The notes beneath the pieces were generated by a model that saw nothing but the letters and a program-made list of their open reading frames with translations, was not told the origin of the DNA and did not search any database. The translations under genes were made by a program, and so were the position numbers. A stretch of DNA of 58,766 bases from Acidimicrobiia bacterium (GTDB lineage: Bacteria; Actinomycetota; Acidimicrobiia; IMCC26256; PALSA-555): the NCBI GenBank assembly GCA_051986275.1, contig JBPYDT010000071.1, forward strand, positions 1-58,766, given 5' to 3'. Numbering within the stretch: the first letter of the stretch is position 1; each line of letters starts with the position of its first letter. Shown here one piece after another: positions 1-8,655 of the stretch.

Positions 1-552
1 GTCCACGCCGACGCCAAGGCCTACAAGCCGCTCAACTGGATGAGCCCGCCGTGCTCGATCATCGAGACCGACGGCGCACTCGTGGCCACCAACCCGGCCG
101 GGGAGCGACTCGCCGTCGAGCTGCACGAGGTCGTCTTCGATTCCTCCTTCGAGCTCGGTGACGACCCCGGGCTGGCGAAGGACGGCGTCGAGGCCGAGCT
201 CCAGGCGCTCCTCGCCGCGCAGGTCGAGATCCTCGGGGCGGGCTGGCGGCTGGTGCGCCGGGAGTACCCGACGGACGTCGGCCCGGTCGACCTGGTGTGT
301 CGCGACGAGGAGGGCCGAGCGGTGGCGGTCGAGGTGAAGCGGGTCGGCGAGATCGCTGGGGTCGAGCAGCTCCTCCGCTACCGGGAGCGCCTCGACCGGG
401 ACGGGTCGCTGGCCCCGATCCGAGCGATGCTCGTCGCCACCCGGGTGAAGCCCCAGGCACGGGTGTTCGCCGAGAGCCGCGGCGTGGACTGGCGCGAGAT
501 CGACCTCGAATCGCTGCGCGCCGACGCCCCGCCCGACCTGCGGCTCTTCTGA
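1..552 (+). CDS. nucS: Mismatch-specific endonuclease NucS/EndoMS (5'-partial)
   Basis: Frame is open from base 1 and reads VHADAKAYKPLNWMSPPC. It also has DPGLAKDGVEAELQ, REYPTDVGPVD and VEVKR...GVEQLLRY, all typical of actinobacterial NucS. Confidence 0.95.
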   Translation, partial: VHADAKAYKPLNWMSPPCSIIETDGALVATNPAGERLAVELHEVVFDSSFELGDDPGLAKDGVEAELQALLAAQVEILGAGWRLVRREYPTDVGPVDLVCRDEEGRAVAVEVKRVGEIAGVEQLLRYRERLDRDGSLAPIRAMLVATRVKPQARVFAESRGVDWREIDLESLRADAPPDLRLF

Positions 553-708
553 CCCCCTGACGCCTCACGGGCCCCTGACCGCAGGGTCGCCGACCCCTCA
601 CCGGGGGACGCGACGGTCGACGCGGTGGTCACGGGGCGGCCTCCGTGGCGTACCGTTGGGGGTGGCCGGGCCCCGTCCCGGCGCCGAACAGCAAGAGAGG
701 ACCTCCAA

Positions 709-894
709 ATGACTCCGATCCTTGGCGAGATCATCGGTTGGGAGGCGCTCCTCGTGCTCGGCCTGATCGCGCTGCTCTTCGGCAGCTCGCAGCTCCCGAA
801 GCTGGCCCGTTCGATCGGGCAGGCGAGCAAGGAGCTCAAGCGCGGGATGCACGAGGAGCCCGAAGAGACCGACGCGAAGGAAAAGGACGCCTGA
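709..894 (+). CDS. tatA: Twin-arginine translocase subunit TatA
   Basis: GWEALLVLGLIALLFGSSQLPKLARSIGQASKELKRG: TM helix, FG hinge, amphipathic helix. AGAGAGG SD-like sequence precedes the ATG at 709. Confidence 0.9.
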   Translation: MTPILGEIIGWEALLVLGLIALLFGSSQLPKLARSIGQASKELKRGMHEEPEETDAKEKDA

Positions 895-919
895 CCCGAG
901 TGCGGGTCACGGCTCGAAC

Positions 920-1165
920 ATGACGGGCCTCTTCTCGCCCGTCCACATCCTCATCGTCCTGACGGTCGCGCTGATCGTGCTGGGCCCCCAGGAGCTGCCG
1001 AAGGTCGCGCGCTCGACGGGCAAGGTGCTGCGGGAGCTGCGCGCCCTGCGGGCGCGGCTAGACGAGGAGCTCCACGTCTTGATCGACGACGGCGACGACC
1101 CGGATCCCGCGCCCCGCCCCGAGCAGCCGATCCCAGGGTCGGAGGACGGCGATTCGCCGGGCTGA
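920..1165 (+). CDS. tatB: TatA/TatB family subunit (TatB-like)
   Basis: HILIVLTVALIVLGPQELPKVARSTGKVLRELR matches the GP-x-x-LP motif of TatB. Adjacent to tatA. Confidence 0.75.
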   Translation: MTGLFSPVHILIVLTVALIVLGPQELPKVARSTGKVLRELRALRARLDEELHVLIDDGDDPDPAPRPEQPIPGSEDGDSPG

Positions 1166-1288
1166 GTTGCGTGGTCGGCGACCGCGCTTGCCGCCGCGCT
1201 TTCGGCGGCGGGTTCGATACGGTGCAGAGACCCGGCCGGGCGGCGCATCCCTGCCTCCGGGCGGCTTGAGGGTCATGCGGGACACGAA

Positions 1289-2194
1289 GTGACGTTGAGC
1301 CTGGCGCTCGCGATCGTCTTGGCGCTTTCGTCGGCGCTGCTGTTCGCGACCTCGAACGTCGTCGAGCAGCGGGTCGCGGCCCGAGCGCCCCAAGACGAAT
1401 CGATGCGGCCCAAGCTGCTGGTGACCCTGTTCCGTCAGCCGGCGTGGCTGGCCGGCTTCGCGGCCGACGTCGGCGGGTACGGCGCGCAGGCCGCGGCGCT
1501 GGCGTTCGGCGCGCTGCTCGTCGTCGCGCCGCTCGGCGCGTTCGGGCTGCTCTTCTCGCTCCTGCTCGACGCCGCGGTCAACGGCCGTCGGCTGTTCCGG
1601 TCGGACCTGGCCGCGGCGATCCTCCTGTGCGCCGGTCTGTCGATCTTCCTCGCGATCGGCGCCCCGAGCGAGGGCAGCGCGACGGCGTCGGCGGCATCGT
1701 GGGCGCCGGCGATTGTCGTGTTGGCGGCCGTCGTCGCCGTGGCGTCGCTGACGCGCCGCCACGTCCGGGGCCCGGCTCGGGCCACGCTGTTCGGGCTGGC
1801 GAGCGGCATGACCTTCGGCGTCAACGCCGCGCTGACGAAGGTGGTCGTGAACGTGCTCCGCGGCCCGAACCCCGTGTCGGTGTTCTGGCACTGGGAGCTC
1901 TACGGCGTGGCCGTGCTCTCGATCAGCGGACTCGTGATGGTGCAGAGCGCGCTGCAGGCCGGCTCGCTGGCCGCCGCGCTCCCTTCGATGGAGGTCGCCG
2001 AGCCCGTCGTGGCCGCGATCGTCGGGCTGGTGGTCCTCGGAGAGCACCTCCACGCCCACGGCAACGGGGACAAGGCGCTGATCGCGGCGTCGGCGCTCGC
2101 CATGCTCATCGGGCTCTTCGCGCTCGCCCGGTCCCGCGCCGCGCACTCACCGCCGACGCCCGCCCCCGTCGACCGGGCGATGTCGCAGGCCTGA
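1289..2194 (+). CDS. DMT-family membrane transporter
   Basis: About 9 hydrophobic helices; motifs LFRQPAWLAG, QAAALAFGALLVVAPL and QSALQAGSLAAALP...EPVVA resemble actinobacterial DMT proteins. Confidence 0.75.
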   Translation: MTLSLALAIVLALSSALLFATSNVVEQRVAARAPQDESMRPKLLVTLFRQPAWLAGFAADVGGYGAQAAALAFGALLVVAPLGAFGLLFSLLLDAAVNGRRLFRSDLAAAILLCAGLSIFLAIGAPSEGSATASAASWAPAIVVLAAVVAVASLTRRHVRGPARATLFGLASGMTFGVNAALTKVVVNVLRGPNPVSVFWHWELYGVAVLSISGLVMVQSALQAGSLAAALPSMEVAEPVVAAIVGLVVLGEHLHAHGNGDKALIAASALAMLIGLFALARSRAAHSPPTPAPVDRAMSQA

Positions 2195-2206
2195 CGTTCC
2201 CGGCGC

Positions 2207-2911
2207 TCAGGAGGTGCCGACCGGGCGGCGCAGCGCCACGCAGCACTCGTCGGCGCGAGGTTCGAGCACCGCCTCGAGCTCGTCTCCGATCCCGGCGACC
2301 AGGCCCTCGAGCAGGGCGTGGTTCATCCCGCAGACGAGCTCCCGGTGCTGGCGCGCGAGCGCGTTGTACGGGCAGTTCCGCAGCCGGATCCCCTCGCCCT
2401 CCGGCGTCGGCTCGTACCCGCAGTCGCGCATCGCCCGGACGAGCACGGCGCGCCGGTCTCCCCGTCGGTCCCGCGAGAGCCAGTCGGCACCCAGCCGCTC
2501 CCCGAAAGACCGGGCCGACACCAACACGGACGGGCGCGACACCGCGCCGTGCTCCACCGCGTCGACGAGGAGCCGCGCCGCCAGCTCGTAGTTGCGGGGC
2601 GGCAGCTGGACCGCGATCTCCCGCCGCGACCGCTGGTAGATCTTCGTCGGGCGGCCCGAGCCGGGGCCGCGCTTGGCCCCGCGGTGCTCGAAGCCCGCCT
2701 CGAGGAGGCCGTCGTCCACCAGCCGGTCGAGGTGGTACGCGGCGAGCGCTCGGCTCACGTCGACGCCCGCTGCCGCCTCGTTGCGCCCCACCGGTCGCGC
2801 CGCGTCGACGACGAACTCGTACAGGGCCCGGCGGACGGCGTCGTGGAGGCTCGCCACGCCCGCGACCTGGGCGGCGAACGGCTCGAGAGGCGGCCGACGT
2901 CTCTGCGGCAT
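2207..2911 (-). CDS. HTH transcriptional regulator with Cys-rich C-terminal domain (ArsR/SufR-like)
   Basis: wHTH (SRALAAYHLDRLVDDGLL...GSGRPTKIY) followed by C-terminal LRNCPY...LVCGMN...ECCV. Confidence 0.85.
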   Translation of the reverse strand: MPQRRRPPLEPFAAQVAGVASLHDAVRRALYEFVVDAARPVGRNEAAAGVDVSRALAAYHLDRLVDDGLLEAGFEHRGAKRGPGSGRPTKIYQRSRREIAVQLPPRNYELAARLLVDAVEHGAVSRPSVLVSARSFGERLGADWLSRDRRGDRRAVLVRAMRDCGYEPTPEGEGIRLRNCPYNALARQHRELVCGMNHALLEGLVAGIGDELEAVLEPRADECCVALRRPVGTS

Positions 2912-2970
2912 GCGACCATTCTATAACTAATGGGCATTGACAGTCGATGCCCGTGACCCCTAGAGTCGGC
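2912..2970. promoter_or_regulatory. Divergent promoters for the regulator and folE with a palindromic operator
   Basis: Plus strand: TTGACA (2937-2942), 18 bp spacer, TAGAGT (2961-2966). Minus strand: TAGAAT (2923-2918) 6 nt before the regulator ATG. Inverted repeat GGGCAT-N9-ATGCCC at 2932-2952. Confidence 0.7.
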
Positions 2971-3003
2971 CAGACCTTGGTCGTTCGGCGCTGGAGGGCC
3001 GGG

Positions 3004-3627
3004 ATGGTCAGTGTCGTGACCGACGAGGCAGCCCGGTCCCCGCTTCGCCTCGTCTCGGAGCCCCACGGCGTGGACACCGAGGCCGCCGCGCGGGCGGTCG
3101 CCGACCTGCTCGAGGCGCTGGGCTACGACATGGACGGCCCCCACCGCGCGGAGACGCCGCGCCGGGTCGCCGAGGCGTACGCCGAGCTGCTCACGCCGGA
3201 GCCATTCGAGCTCACCACGTTCCCGAACGAGGACGGCTACGACGAGCTCGTGATCGCCCGGGGGATCCCGGTGCGGTCCCTCTGCGAGCACCACCTCCTG
3301 CCGTTCGTCGGCGTGGCCCACGTCGGCTACCTGCCGGGCGAGCGCATCGTCGGGCTCTCGAAGCTCGCCCGCGTCGTCGAGCACTGCGCCCGCGGGCTCC
3401 AGGTCCAAGAGCGCCTCACAATGGACGTGGCCGCCCTGCTCGAGGAGCATCTGCACCCCAAGGGGGTTGGCGTGGTGATCGAGGCGGAGCACCTGTGCAT
3501 GACGTTGCGGGGCGTGCGCGCCACCGGCGCGAAGACGCTCACGTCGACGTTGCGCGGGCTGCTGCGCCGCGATGGGCGGTCACGCCACGAGTTCTTGTCG
3601 CTGGCCCACGGCGGTGGGTCCGTCTAG
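3004..3627 (+). CDS. folE: GTP cyclohydrolase I
   Basis: ETPRRVA, SLCEHHLLPF, GLSKLAR, QVQERLT and HLCMTLRGV motifs. GGAGG 6 nt before the ATG at 3004. Confidence 0.95.
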   Translation: MVSVVTDEAARSPLRLVSEPHGVDTEAAARAVADLLEALGYDMDGPHRAETPRRVAEAYAELLTPEPFELTTFPNEDGYDELVIARGIPVRSLCEHHLLPFVGVAHVGYLPGERIVGLSKLARVVEHCARGLQVQERLTMDVAALLEEHLHPKGVGVVIEAEHLCMTLRGVRATGAKTLTSTLRGLLRRDGRSRHEFLSLAHGGGSV

Positions 3628-3636
3628 GGAGGTCCG

Positions 3637-4200
3637 ATGCGTCACTTCTCGTTCCGTCCGGCGCTCACGCTGAGCGGCCGCAAGTTCAAGGGCCTCCGCG
3701 GCTGGGCGGGAAAGCCGTTCCATCCGCCGCTCACCGACGTGCCGGTCGGCGCGTACGTGCTCGCTGCGGCGTTCGACCTGATCTCGGCGCTGGGGCACAC
3801 GAACAGCTGGGCGCGTGACTACTACCGGGCCGGCACGTTCACGCTCGTCGGCGGCGCGGCGATCTCGCTGCTCGCGGCGCTGACCGGCTTCTGGGACTGG
3901 CTGCGCTCGACCGAGGCGGGGACGCAGGCGCGCCGGACGGCCAACGCGCACGCCGTGACGATGCTCACGGTCACGGCCCTGGTCCTGGCGGACATCGCCG
4001 TCCGGATCCTCGTCTACCCGTCCAACCACTCGACGCCGCCCGTGGCGCTCGGGCTGAGCCTCGCCGCGGCCTTCCTGACCGTGATCGGCGGGACGCTCGG
4101 CGGGACGCTCGGCTTCGACTACGGCTTCAACGTCGAGACGGCCGGGGACAGCCCCGTGTGGCACCAGTCGGAGGTGGACGTCTTCCCCGGCCAGCACTGA
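3637..4200 (+). CDS. DUF2231-type membrane protein
   Basis: PFHPPLTDVPVGA, ALTGFWDW, ANAHA and GGTLGGTLGFDYG motifs; 4 TM helices. Confidence 0.75.
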   Translation: MRHFSFRPALTLSGRKFKGLRGWAGKPFHPPLTDVPVGAYVLAAAFDLISALGHTNSWARDYYRAGTFTLVGGAAISLLAALTGFWDWLRSTEAGTQARRTANAHAVTMLTVTALVLADIAVRILVYPSNHSTPPVALGLSLAAAFLTVIGGTLGGTLGFDYGFNVETAGDSPVWHQSEVDVFPGQH

Positions 4201-4210
4201 CCGGCGCCCC

Positions 4211-4894
4211 TCACGGGCCGTACTCGAGGGACGCGAACCAGTCGCCTCGCCCTTGCGGCGTGAGGTCGAGCAGGTGCCAGAGCGGGCTCAGGAGGTCGAT
4301 CCCGCGCTGGTCGATGTCGGGCGCCATCCTCGGGTGCGTCGTGTAGGTGTGCCGCGGGCGCCCCTCGCCGTCGAGCGTGAACACCGAGATCGCCGAGTCC
4401 TGCTCGCCCCGCTCGTCCTCGCTGCCGAGCTCGAACTTGAACGTGTTGCCCGCGCAGCCGAGGAGGCGCAGGCGATCCCAGCCGCGCCACCGAGCGTGGG
4501 CGCGCAGCGCCGGGAGGTCGGCCGCGGCCGCGATCGCGAAGTCGGCGTTCTGCGACAGGTGGGTCGCCACGCTGTTGAAGCCGTCGATCCACAGCGTGCA
4601 CATCGGACAGGCCTCGGTCTGCGCCTTCCCGTACATGAAGTGGTAGATGACGAGGGGCCGCTCGGGGCTACCGAAGAGCTCCGTCAGGCGCACGGTCGTG
4701 ACCGGCGCGTCGCCGTCGTCGAGGCGCCGCGGCCCCTCCTCGAAGACGTAGTCGTCGACGACCGCGCCGGGCGGCAGCGCCCGGCGGAGCGCCGCCACAC
4801 GCTCGCGCTGGCGCATGAGGTCGATCTCGGCGAGCCGGAGCTCCTCGCGCCGCTGCGCGTACTCCGGCGATTCCGCGAGCCGGGTCTGGTCCAT
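4211..4894 (-). CDS. DUF899 family protein (thioredoxin-like)
   Basis: RERVAALRRALP, YVFEEG, YHFMYG, CPMCT and WHLLDLTPQGR motifs. Confidence 0.85.
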   Translation of the reverse strand: MDQTRLAESPEYAQRREELRLAEIDLMRQRERVAALRRALPPGAVVDDYVFEEGPRRLDDGDAPVTTVRLTELFGSPERPLVIYHFMYGKAQTEACPMCTLWIDGFNSVATHLSQNADFAIAAAADLPALRAHARWRGWDRLRLLGCAGNTFKFELGSEDERGEQDSAISVFTLDGEGRPRHTYTTHPRMAPDIDQRGIDLLSPLWHLLDLTPQGRGDWFASLEYGP

Positions 4895-4904
4895 CGCCGC
4901 CTCC

Positions 4905-5339
4905 TCAGGCCGCCGGACGGAAGGGCTGACCCGTGCCGGTCGTGCAGAGCCGGCGCAGGCTCTCGAGGTAGTACCCCCAGTTGAAGTTGTAGACGCCGTA
5001 GGCGTCGTCGCTGAGCTCGACGGCGTACTCCTGCCAGAACCGCAGCCGCGTCCCGCCCCCGTCGGAGGACGCCAGGGCGAACCGGAACGTGCCGTCCTGC
5101 CACGGCCCGTGCCCGGCGACGCAGCGCCACACCAGCTCCCGCTCCGGGTCGAGGCCGGTGATCTCCATCACCGGGTTGAAGTCGCCGGCGAACGTCCATT
5201 CGACCCGGGCGCCGAGCGCCGCGGCCGGCGTTCGGACCTGCGTCGACCACCAGCTCGCCATCTGGTCGTGCTCGGTGAGCGCGGCCCAGACCGCGGCGGG
5301 CCCGGCGTCGACGTCGACGACGTGGTGGATGGTCTTCAC
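4905..5339 (-). CDS. SRPBCC/AHSA1-like domain protein
   Basis: VKTIHHVVDVDAGPAAVWAALT...ASWW...LVWRC...NWGYYLESL. The GTG start overlaps the upstream stop codon. Confidence 0.8.
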   Translation of the reverse strand: MKTIHHVVDVDAGPAAVWAALTEHDQMASWWSTQVRTPAAALGARVEWTFAGDFNPVMEITGLDPERELVWRCVAGHGPWQDGTFRFALASSDGGGTRLRFWQEYAVELSDDAYGVYNFNWGYYLESLRRLCTTGTGQPFRPAA

Positions 5340-5830
5340 GGGGCGTCCTCCTCGGGGTCGGTCTCGTTGCGCGGACGTGGGGGAAGGTCGGGATGACGGA
5401 GCAGGCCGTGGTCGTCGACGGCGCGGCCCTGGTCGCGCCCGCCGGTCAGCACGAGGGGCAGGTCGTGCTCGAACTTGCTGCCCCACCCGCCGTCGAAGCT
5501 CGTCGCCGTGTCGGGACCAAGGCCGTCGTGCTCGAGGTGCAGCACCGTCCCGGGTCCGTCGGGGCGCAGGCGGAACGTGACCGTCGACGGCCGGCCCGCG
5601 GTAACCCACCGACACGTGAGGAGGTGCGGAGGGTCGACGGCCAGCACCTCGCCGTCGACGATCCCGAACCCGGGCGACGCGTCGAACCGGAACCGCTGCC
5701 CGACGGCCGGCGCGAAGTCGTTCGGCATCAGCCACGTCGCGAGCGCGGCGCGGTCGGTCAGCGCGCGCCACACCGCCGACACTGGGTGCGAATAGCGCAC
5801 CTCGTGGACGATCCGCCCGTTCTCGATCAC
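5336..5830 (-). CDS. SRPBCC/AHSA1-like domain protein
   Basis: YSHPVSAVWRALTDRAALATWLMPNDF...VGQRFRF...GTVLHLEHDG...GGW. Confidence 0.85.
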   Translation of the reverse strand: MIENGRIVHEVRYSHPVSAVWRALTDRAALATWLMPNDFAPAVGQRFRFDASPGFGIVDGEVLAVDPPHLLTCRWVTAGRPSTVTFRLRPDGPGTVLHLEHDGLGPDTATSFDGGWGSKFEHDLPLVLTGGRDQGRAVDDHGLLRHPDLPPRPRNETDPEEDAP

Positions 5831-6156
5831 GCCCGCGTGTCCAGGTGCGCACCGAGCCGACGCAGGCCGTCGGCCCAGAACTCGTCGAGTCGGGCGAGCC
5901 ATCGGTCGACGTCGCCGAGCCGCTCGCGCCGCAGCGAGTAGTAGCGCTCGCGACCCTGGCGGCGCTCGACGACCACGCCCACGGCCAGCATGAGGCGCAG
6001 GTGCTGGGAGACGGCCGGCCGGCTCACCGGCACCAGCGACGCCAGCTCGGACACCCGGGCCTCGCCGACCGCCAGCCGCTGCAGGAGCTCGCGCCGCAGC
6101 GGGTGGGCGATCACCCCGAAGGCGTCGTCGACCGCGGGAGCGCCGGCGCGAGGCAC
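5827..6156 (-). CDS. ArsR/SmtB family transcriptional regulator
   Basis: FGVIAHPLRRELL, VSRPAVSQHL and GRERYYSL motifs. First gene of the ArsR-SRPBCC-SRPBCC-DUF899 operon. Confidence 0.9.
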   Translation of the reverse strand: MPRAGAPAVDDAFGVIAHPLRRELLQRLAVGEARVSELASLVPVSRPAVSQHLRLMLAVGVVVERRQGRERYYSLRRERLGDVDRWLARLDEFWADGLRRLGAHLDTRA

Positions 6157-6192
6157 CGGCCGAGATTAGGTAAGGGATTTCTAACGAGTCAA
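6157..6192 (-). promoter_or_regulatory. Sigma70-type leaderless promoter with putative ArsR operator
   Basis: Minus strand: TTGACT (6192-6187), 18 bp spacer, TAATCT (6168-6163), 6 nt, then GTG. Imperfect palindrome GTAAG-GGATTT-CTAAC (6170-6185) lies in the spacer. Confidence 0.7.
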
Positions 6193-6196
6193 GCCC

Positions 6197-7552
6197 CTAG
6201 TCGGGGGCCATGTCGGCGAACTTGGTGAGCCGGTCGACGAAGGCGAGGCGCGTCGTGCCGGTGGGGCCGTTGCGGTGCTTCGCCACGATGATCTCGGCTG
6301 TGCCGCGCTGGTCCGAGTCGGGGTTGTAGATGTCGTCGCGGTAGATGAACGCGACGACGTCGGCGTCCTGCTCGAGCGAGCCGGACTCGCGCAGGTCGGC
6401 GAGCATCGGCCGCTTGTCCGACCGGTACTCGAGCTGGCGGTTCAGCTGCGAGCACGCCATCACCGGGCAGTTCAGCTCCCGGGCGAGGATCTTCAGCCCG
6501 CGGGAGATCTCGGCCACCTCCACCTGGCGGTTCTCCGCCCGCTTGCCCATGGGCGTCATGAGCTGGAGGTAGTCGACGACGACGAGCCCGAGGTCTCCGT
6601 GCCGGGCCTTCGTGCGCCGCGCCTTCGCCCGCATCTCCATCACCGTGCAGTGCGGGTTGTCGTCGATGAAGAGCGGCGCCTCGGCGAGCCGGCCGACCGC
6701 GTGGCTGAGCTTCGTCCAGTCCTGCTCCGGGATGTTGCCCGTCTGGAGGCGCCGGGCGTCGACGCGTGCCTCGCCCGCGAGGAGGCGCTTCGTGAGCTCG
6801 AGCGTCCCCATCTCCATCGAGAAGAACAGCACCGGGCGGCGCGCCGCCATCGCGACATTGGCCGCGGCTCCGAGGGCGAAGCTCGTCTTCCCTGCGCCCG
6901 GGCGGGCGGCCACCACGACGAGGTTCGACGGCTGGAGCCCGAGCAGCAGGCGGTCGAGGTCGCTGTACCCGGTGGGGACGCCGGTGATCTCGCCGGTGCT
7001 GGCGTAGAGCGCCTCGAGCTCGTCGAGCGTGTTTTGCAGCGCTTCGGCCATCTTGATCATCGAGTCGGTGACGCGATGCTCGGCGACCTCGAAGACCAGT
7101 GACTCGGCGCGGTCAACGGTCTCCTGGACGTCCTGGGAGTCGTCGTAGCCCATCTCGGCGATGTCGCCGGCGACCCCGATGAGCCGTCGCAGGAGGGCGA
7201 GCTCGTTGACGATCTTGGCGTAGTGCGCCGCGTTCGCCGAGGCAGGGGTCGCGGCCTGGAGGCGCAGGAGCGTCTGGCGGCCGCCGAGCGCGTCGAGCAG
7301 GTCGGCGCGGCGCAGCTCCTCGGCCACCGTGACCGGGTCGATGGGCTCGCCCTGCCCGTACAGGCTGAGGACGGCCTCGAAGACGTGGGTGTGCGCTGGC
7401 TTGTAGAAGTCCTCCGCCGCGACCCCGGTCTCGACCGCGACCGTGATCGCGTCGCGGGAGAGCAACATCGCCCCGAGCAGCGATTCCTCCGCTTCGAGGT
7501 TGTGCGGCGGGACACGACCCGACCGCCGCACTGATTCCAGCGCCTGCACCAC
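6197..7552 (-). CDS. dnaB: Replicative DNA helicase
   Basis: PPHNLEAEESLLG, AARPGAGKT (Walker A), VVDYLQL, SQLNR, DLRESGSLEQDAD and KHRNGPTG. No intein. Confidence 0.98.
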   Translation of the reverse strand: MVQALESVRRSGRVPPHNLEAEESLLGAMLLSRDAITVAVETGVAAEDFYKPAHTHVFEAVLSLYGQGEPIDPVTVAEELRRADLLDALGGRQTLLRLQAATPASANAAHYAKIVNELALLRRLIGVAGDIAEMGYDDSQDVQETVDRAESLVFEVAEHRVTDSMIKMAEALQNTLDELEALYASTGEITGVPTGYSDLDRLLLGLQPSNLVVVAARPGAGKTSFALGAAANVAMAARRPVLFFSMEMGTLELTKRLLAGEARVDARRLQTGNIPEQDWTKLSHAVGRLAEAPLFIDDNPHCTVMEMRAKARRTKARHGDLGLVVVDYLQLMTPMGKRAENRQVEVAEISRGLKILARELNCPVMACSQLNRQLEYRSDKRPMLADLRESGSLEQDADVVAFIYRDDIYNPDSDQRGTAEIIVAKHRNGPTGTTRLAFVDRLTKFADMAPD

Positions 7553-7629
7553 GAGTCCCGCTCCCGTTCGCCGCCCGTCTACCGGGCGTTCAACCCCGTG
7601 CCAGAAGCGACAGCATGAACGGTCGGGCT

Positions 7630-7716
7630 TGGGGATTGATAGTGCGAAAACCGTGTGGATTGCAGTGGACGACGCCGTGGATAACGGCGCCGCTCATCCC
7701 CAGGCAGCGGGAAAAC
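7630..7716. promoter_or_regulatory. Cluster of DnaA-box-like 9-mers upstream of dnaB
   Basis: TGGGGATTG 7630, TGTGGATTG 7654, AGTGGACGA 7664, CGTGGATAA 7676, TCATCCCCA 7694. Confidence 0.6.
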
Positions 7717-7757
7717 TGGCGAATGCACCCCGCGAGGAAACCACGGGCCTAGGACAG

Positions 7758-8204
7758 CTAGTCGGCCTGCACTTCGACGTGCAGTGTGGCGCTGACCTCG
7801 GGGTGCAAGCGCACGGCGAGGTCGAGCGCGCCGAGATCGCGGATCGGCTCGGCAAGCTCGATCGCGCGTCGGTCGAGCTCGATGCCGAGCTGGTCGTGCA
7901 CCGCCGCGGTGATGTCGGCGTTCGTGACCGATCCGAAGAGCTTCCCGCCCTCGCCAGCGCGCGCGACGACACGCAGCGTCTGCGCGCCGAGCTGCGTCGC
8001 CGTGGCTTCGGCGGCCTCGCGGTCGCGAACGTCGCGTGCGGCGCGGTTGCGCCGCATCGCCTCGGCCTGCGCGACCGCGCCCTTCGTGGCCTTGATCGCC
8101 ATGCCGCGCGGCACGAGGTAGTTGCGCGCGTACCCGTCCGTGACCTCGAGCAGGTCGCCCTTGGTGCCGAGGTGCTCAACGTCGGTCCGCAGCACGACCT
8201 TCAC
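7758..8204 (-). CDS. rplI: 50S ribosomal protein L9
   Basis: [23 protein letters not shown] and GKLFGSVT motifs. Confidence 0.97.
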   Translation of the reverse strand: MKVVLRTDVEHLGTKGDLLEVTDGYARNYLVPRGMAIKATKGAVAQAEAMRRNRAARDVRDREAAEATATQLGAQTLRVVARAGEGGKLFGSVTNADITAAVHDQLGIELDRRAIELAEPIRDLGALDLAVRLHPEVSATLHVEVQAD

Positions 8205-8653
8205 GACACGTCCTCACCATCCGGCGCGGACACTGCGACGGCTTCCTCGGCGGCTGCGGGCGCCTCGCCCTCGCTGTCCTCGGGGACGTCAACGTCCGGT
8301 GGGCGCGGCGGCGCCTCGGCGTCCGACGGGCTCGGGGAGCTTTCGAGCCGGGGCGGCCCGCCGTCCCCCCGGTCCCGCTTGCCCTTGCTGCGGTGTGTGA
8401 CCTGGCGCACCGAGTAGGGCAGCAGGGCCATCTCGCGCGCGACGCGGATCGCTCGGGCCACGGCGCGCTGCTGCTGCGCGTCGTTCCCGGTGACCCGGCG
8501 GGCGCGGATCTTGGCCCGCTCGGACATGAAACGGCGCAGGAGGGCCACGTCCTTGTAGTCGACCCAGTCGATCCCTTCGCTGTCGAGGATCGACACCTTC
8601 TTCTTGGGCTTGCGCTCGGGCGCGTCGCGCTTCGGGCGGCGAGGTCGGGCCAT
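8201..8653 (-). CDS. rpsR: 30S ribosomal protein S18 (Cys-less form with long C-terminal extension)
   Basis: [26 protein letters not shown]...[13 protein letters not shown]. Lies between ssb and rplI. Confidence 0.95.
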   Translation of the reverse strand: MARPRRPKRDAPERKPKKKVSILDSEGIDWVDYKDVALLRRFMSERAKIRARRVTGNDAQQQRAVARAIRVAREMALLPYSVRQVTHRSKGKRDRGDGGPPRLESSPSPSDAEAPPRPPDVDVPEDSEGEAPAAAEEAVAVSAPDGEDVS

Positions 8654-8655
8654 GG

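Noticed and set aside
1166..1288. Possible riboswitch upstream of the DMT transporter
   Set aside because: Only generic GC-rich hairpins are present, and I recognise no aptamer consensus. An Rfam search would be needed.
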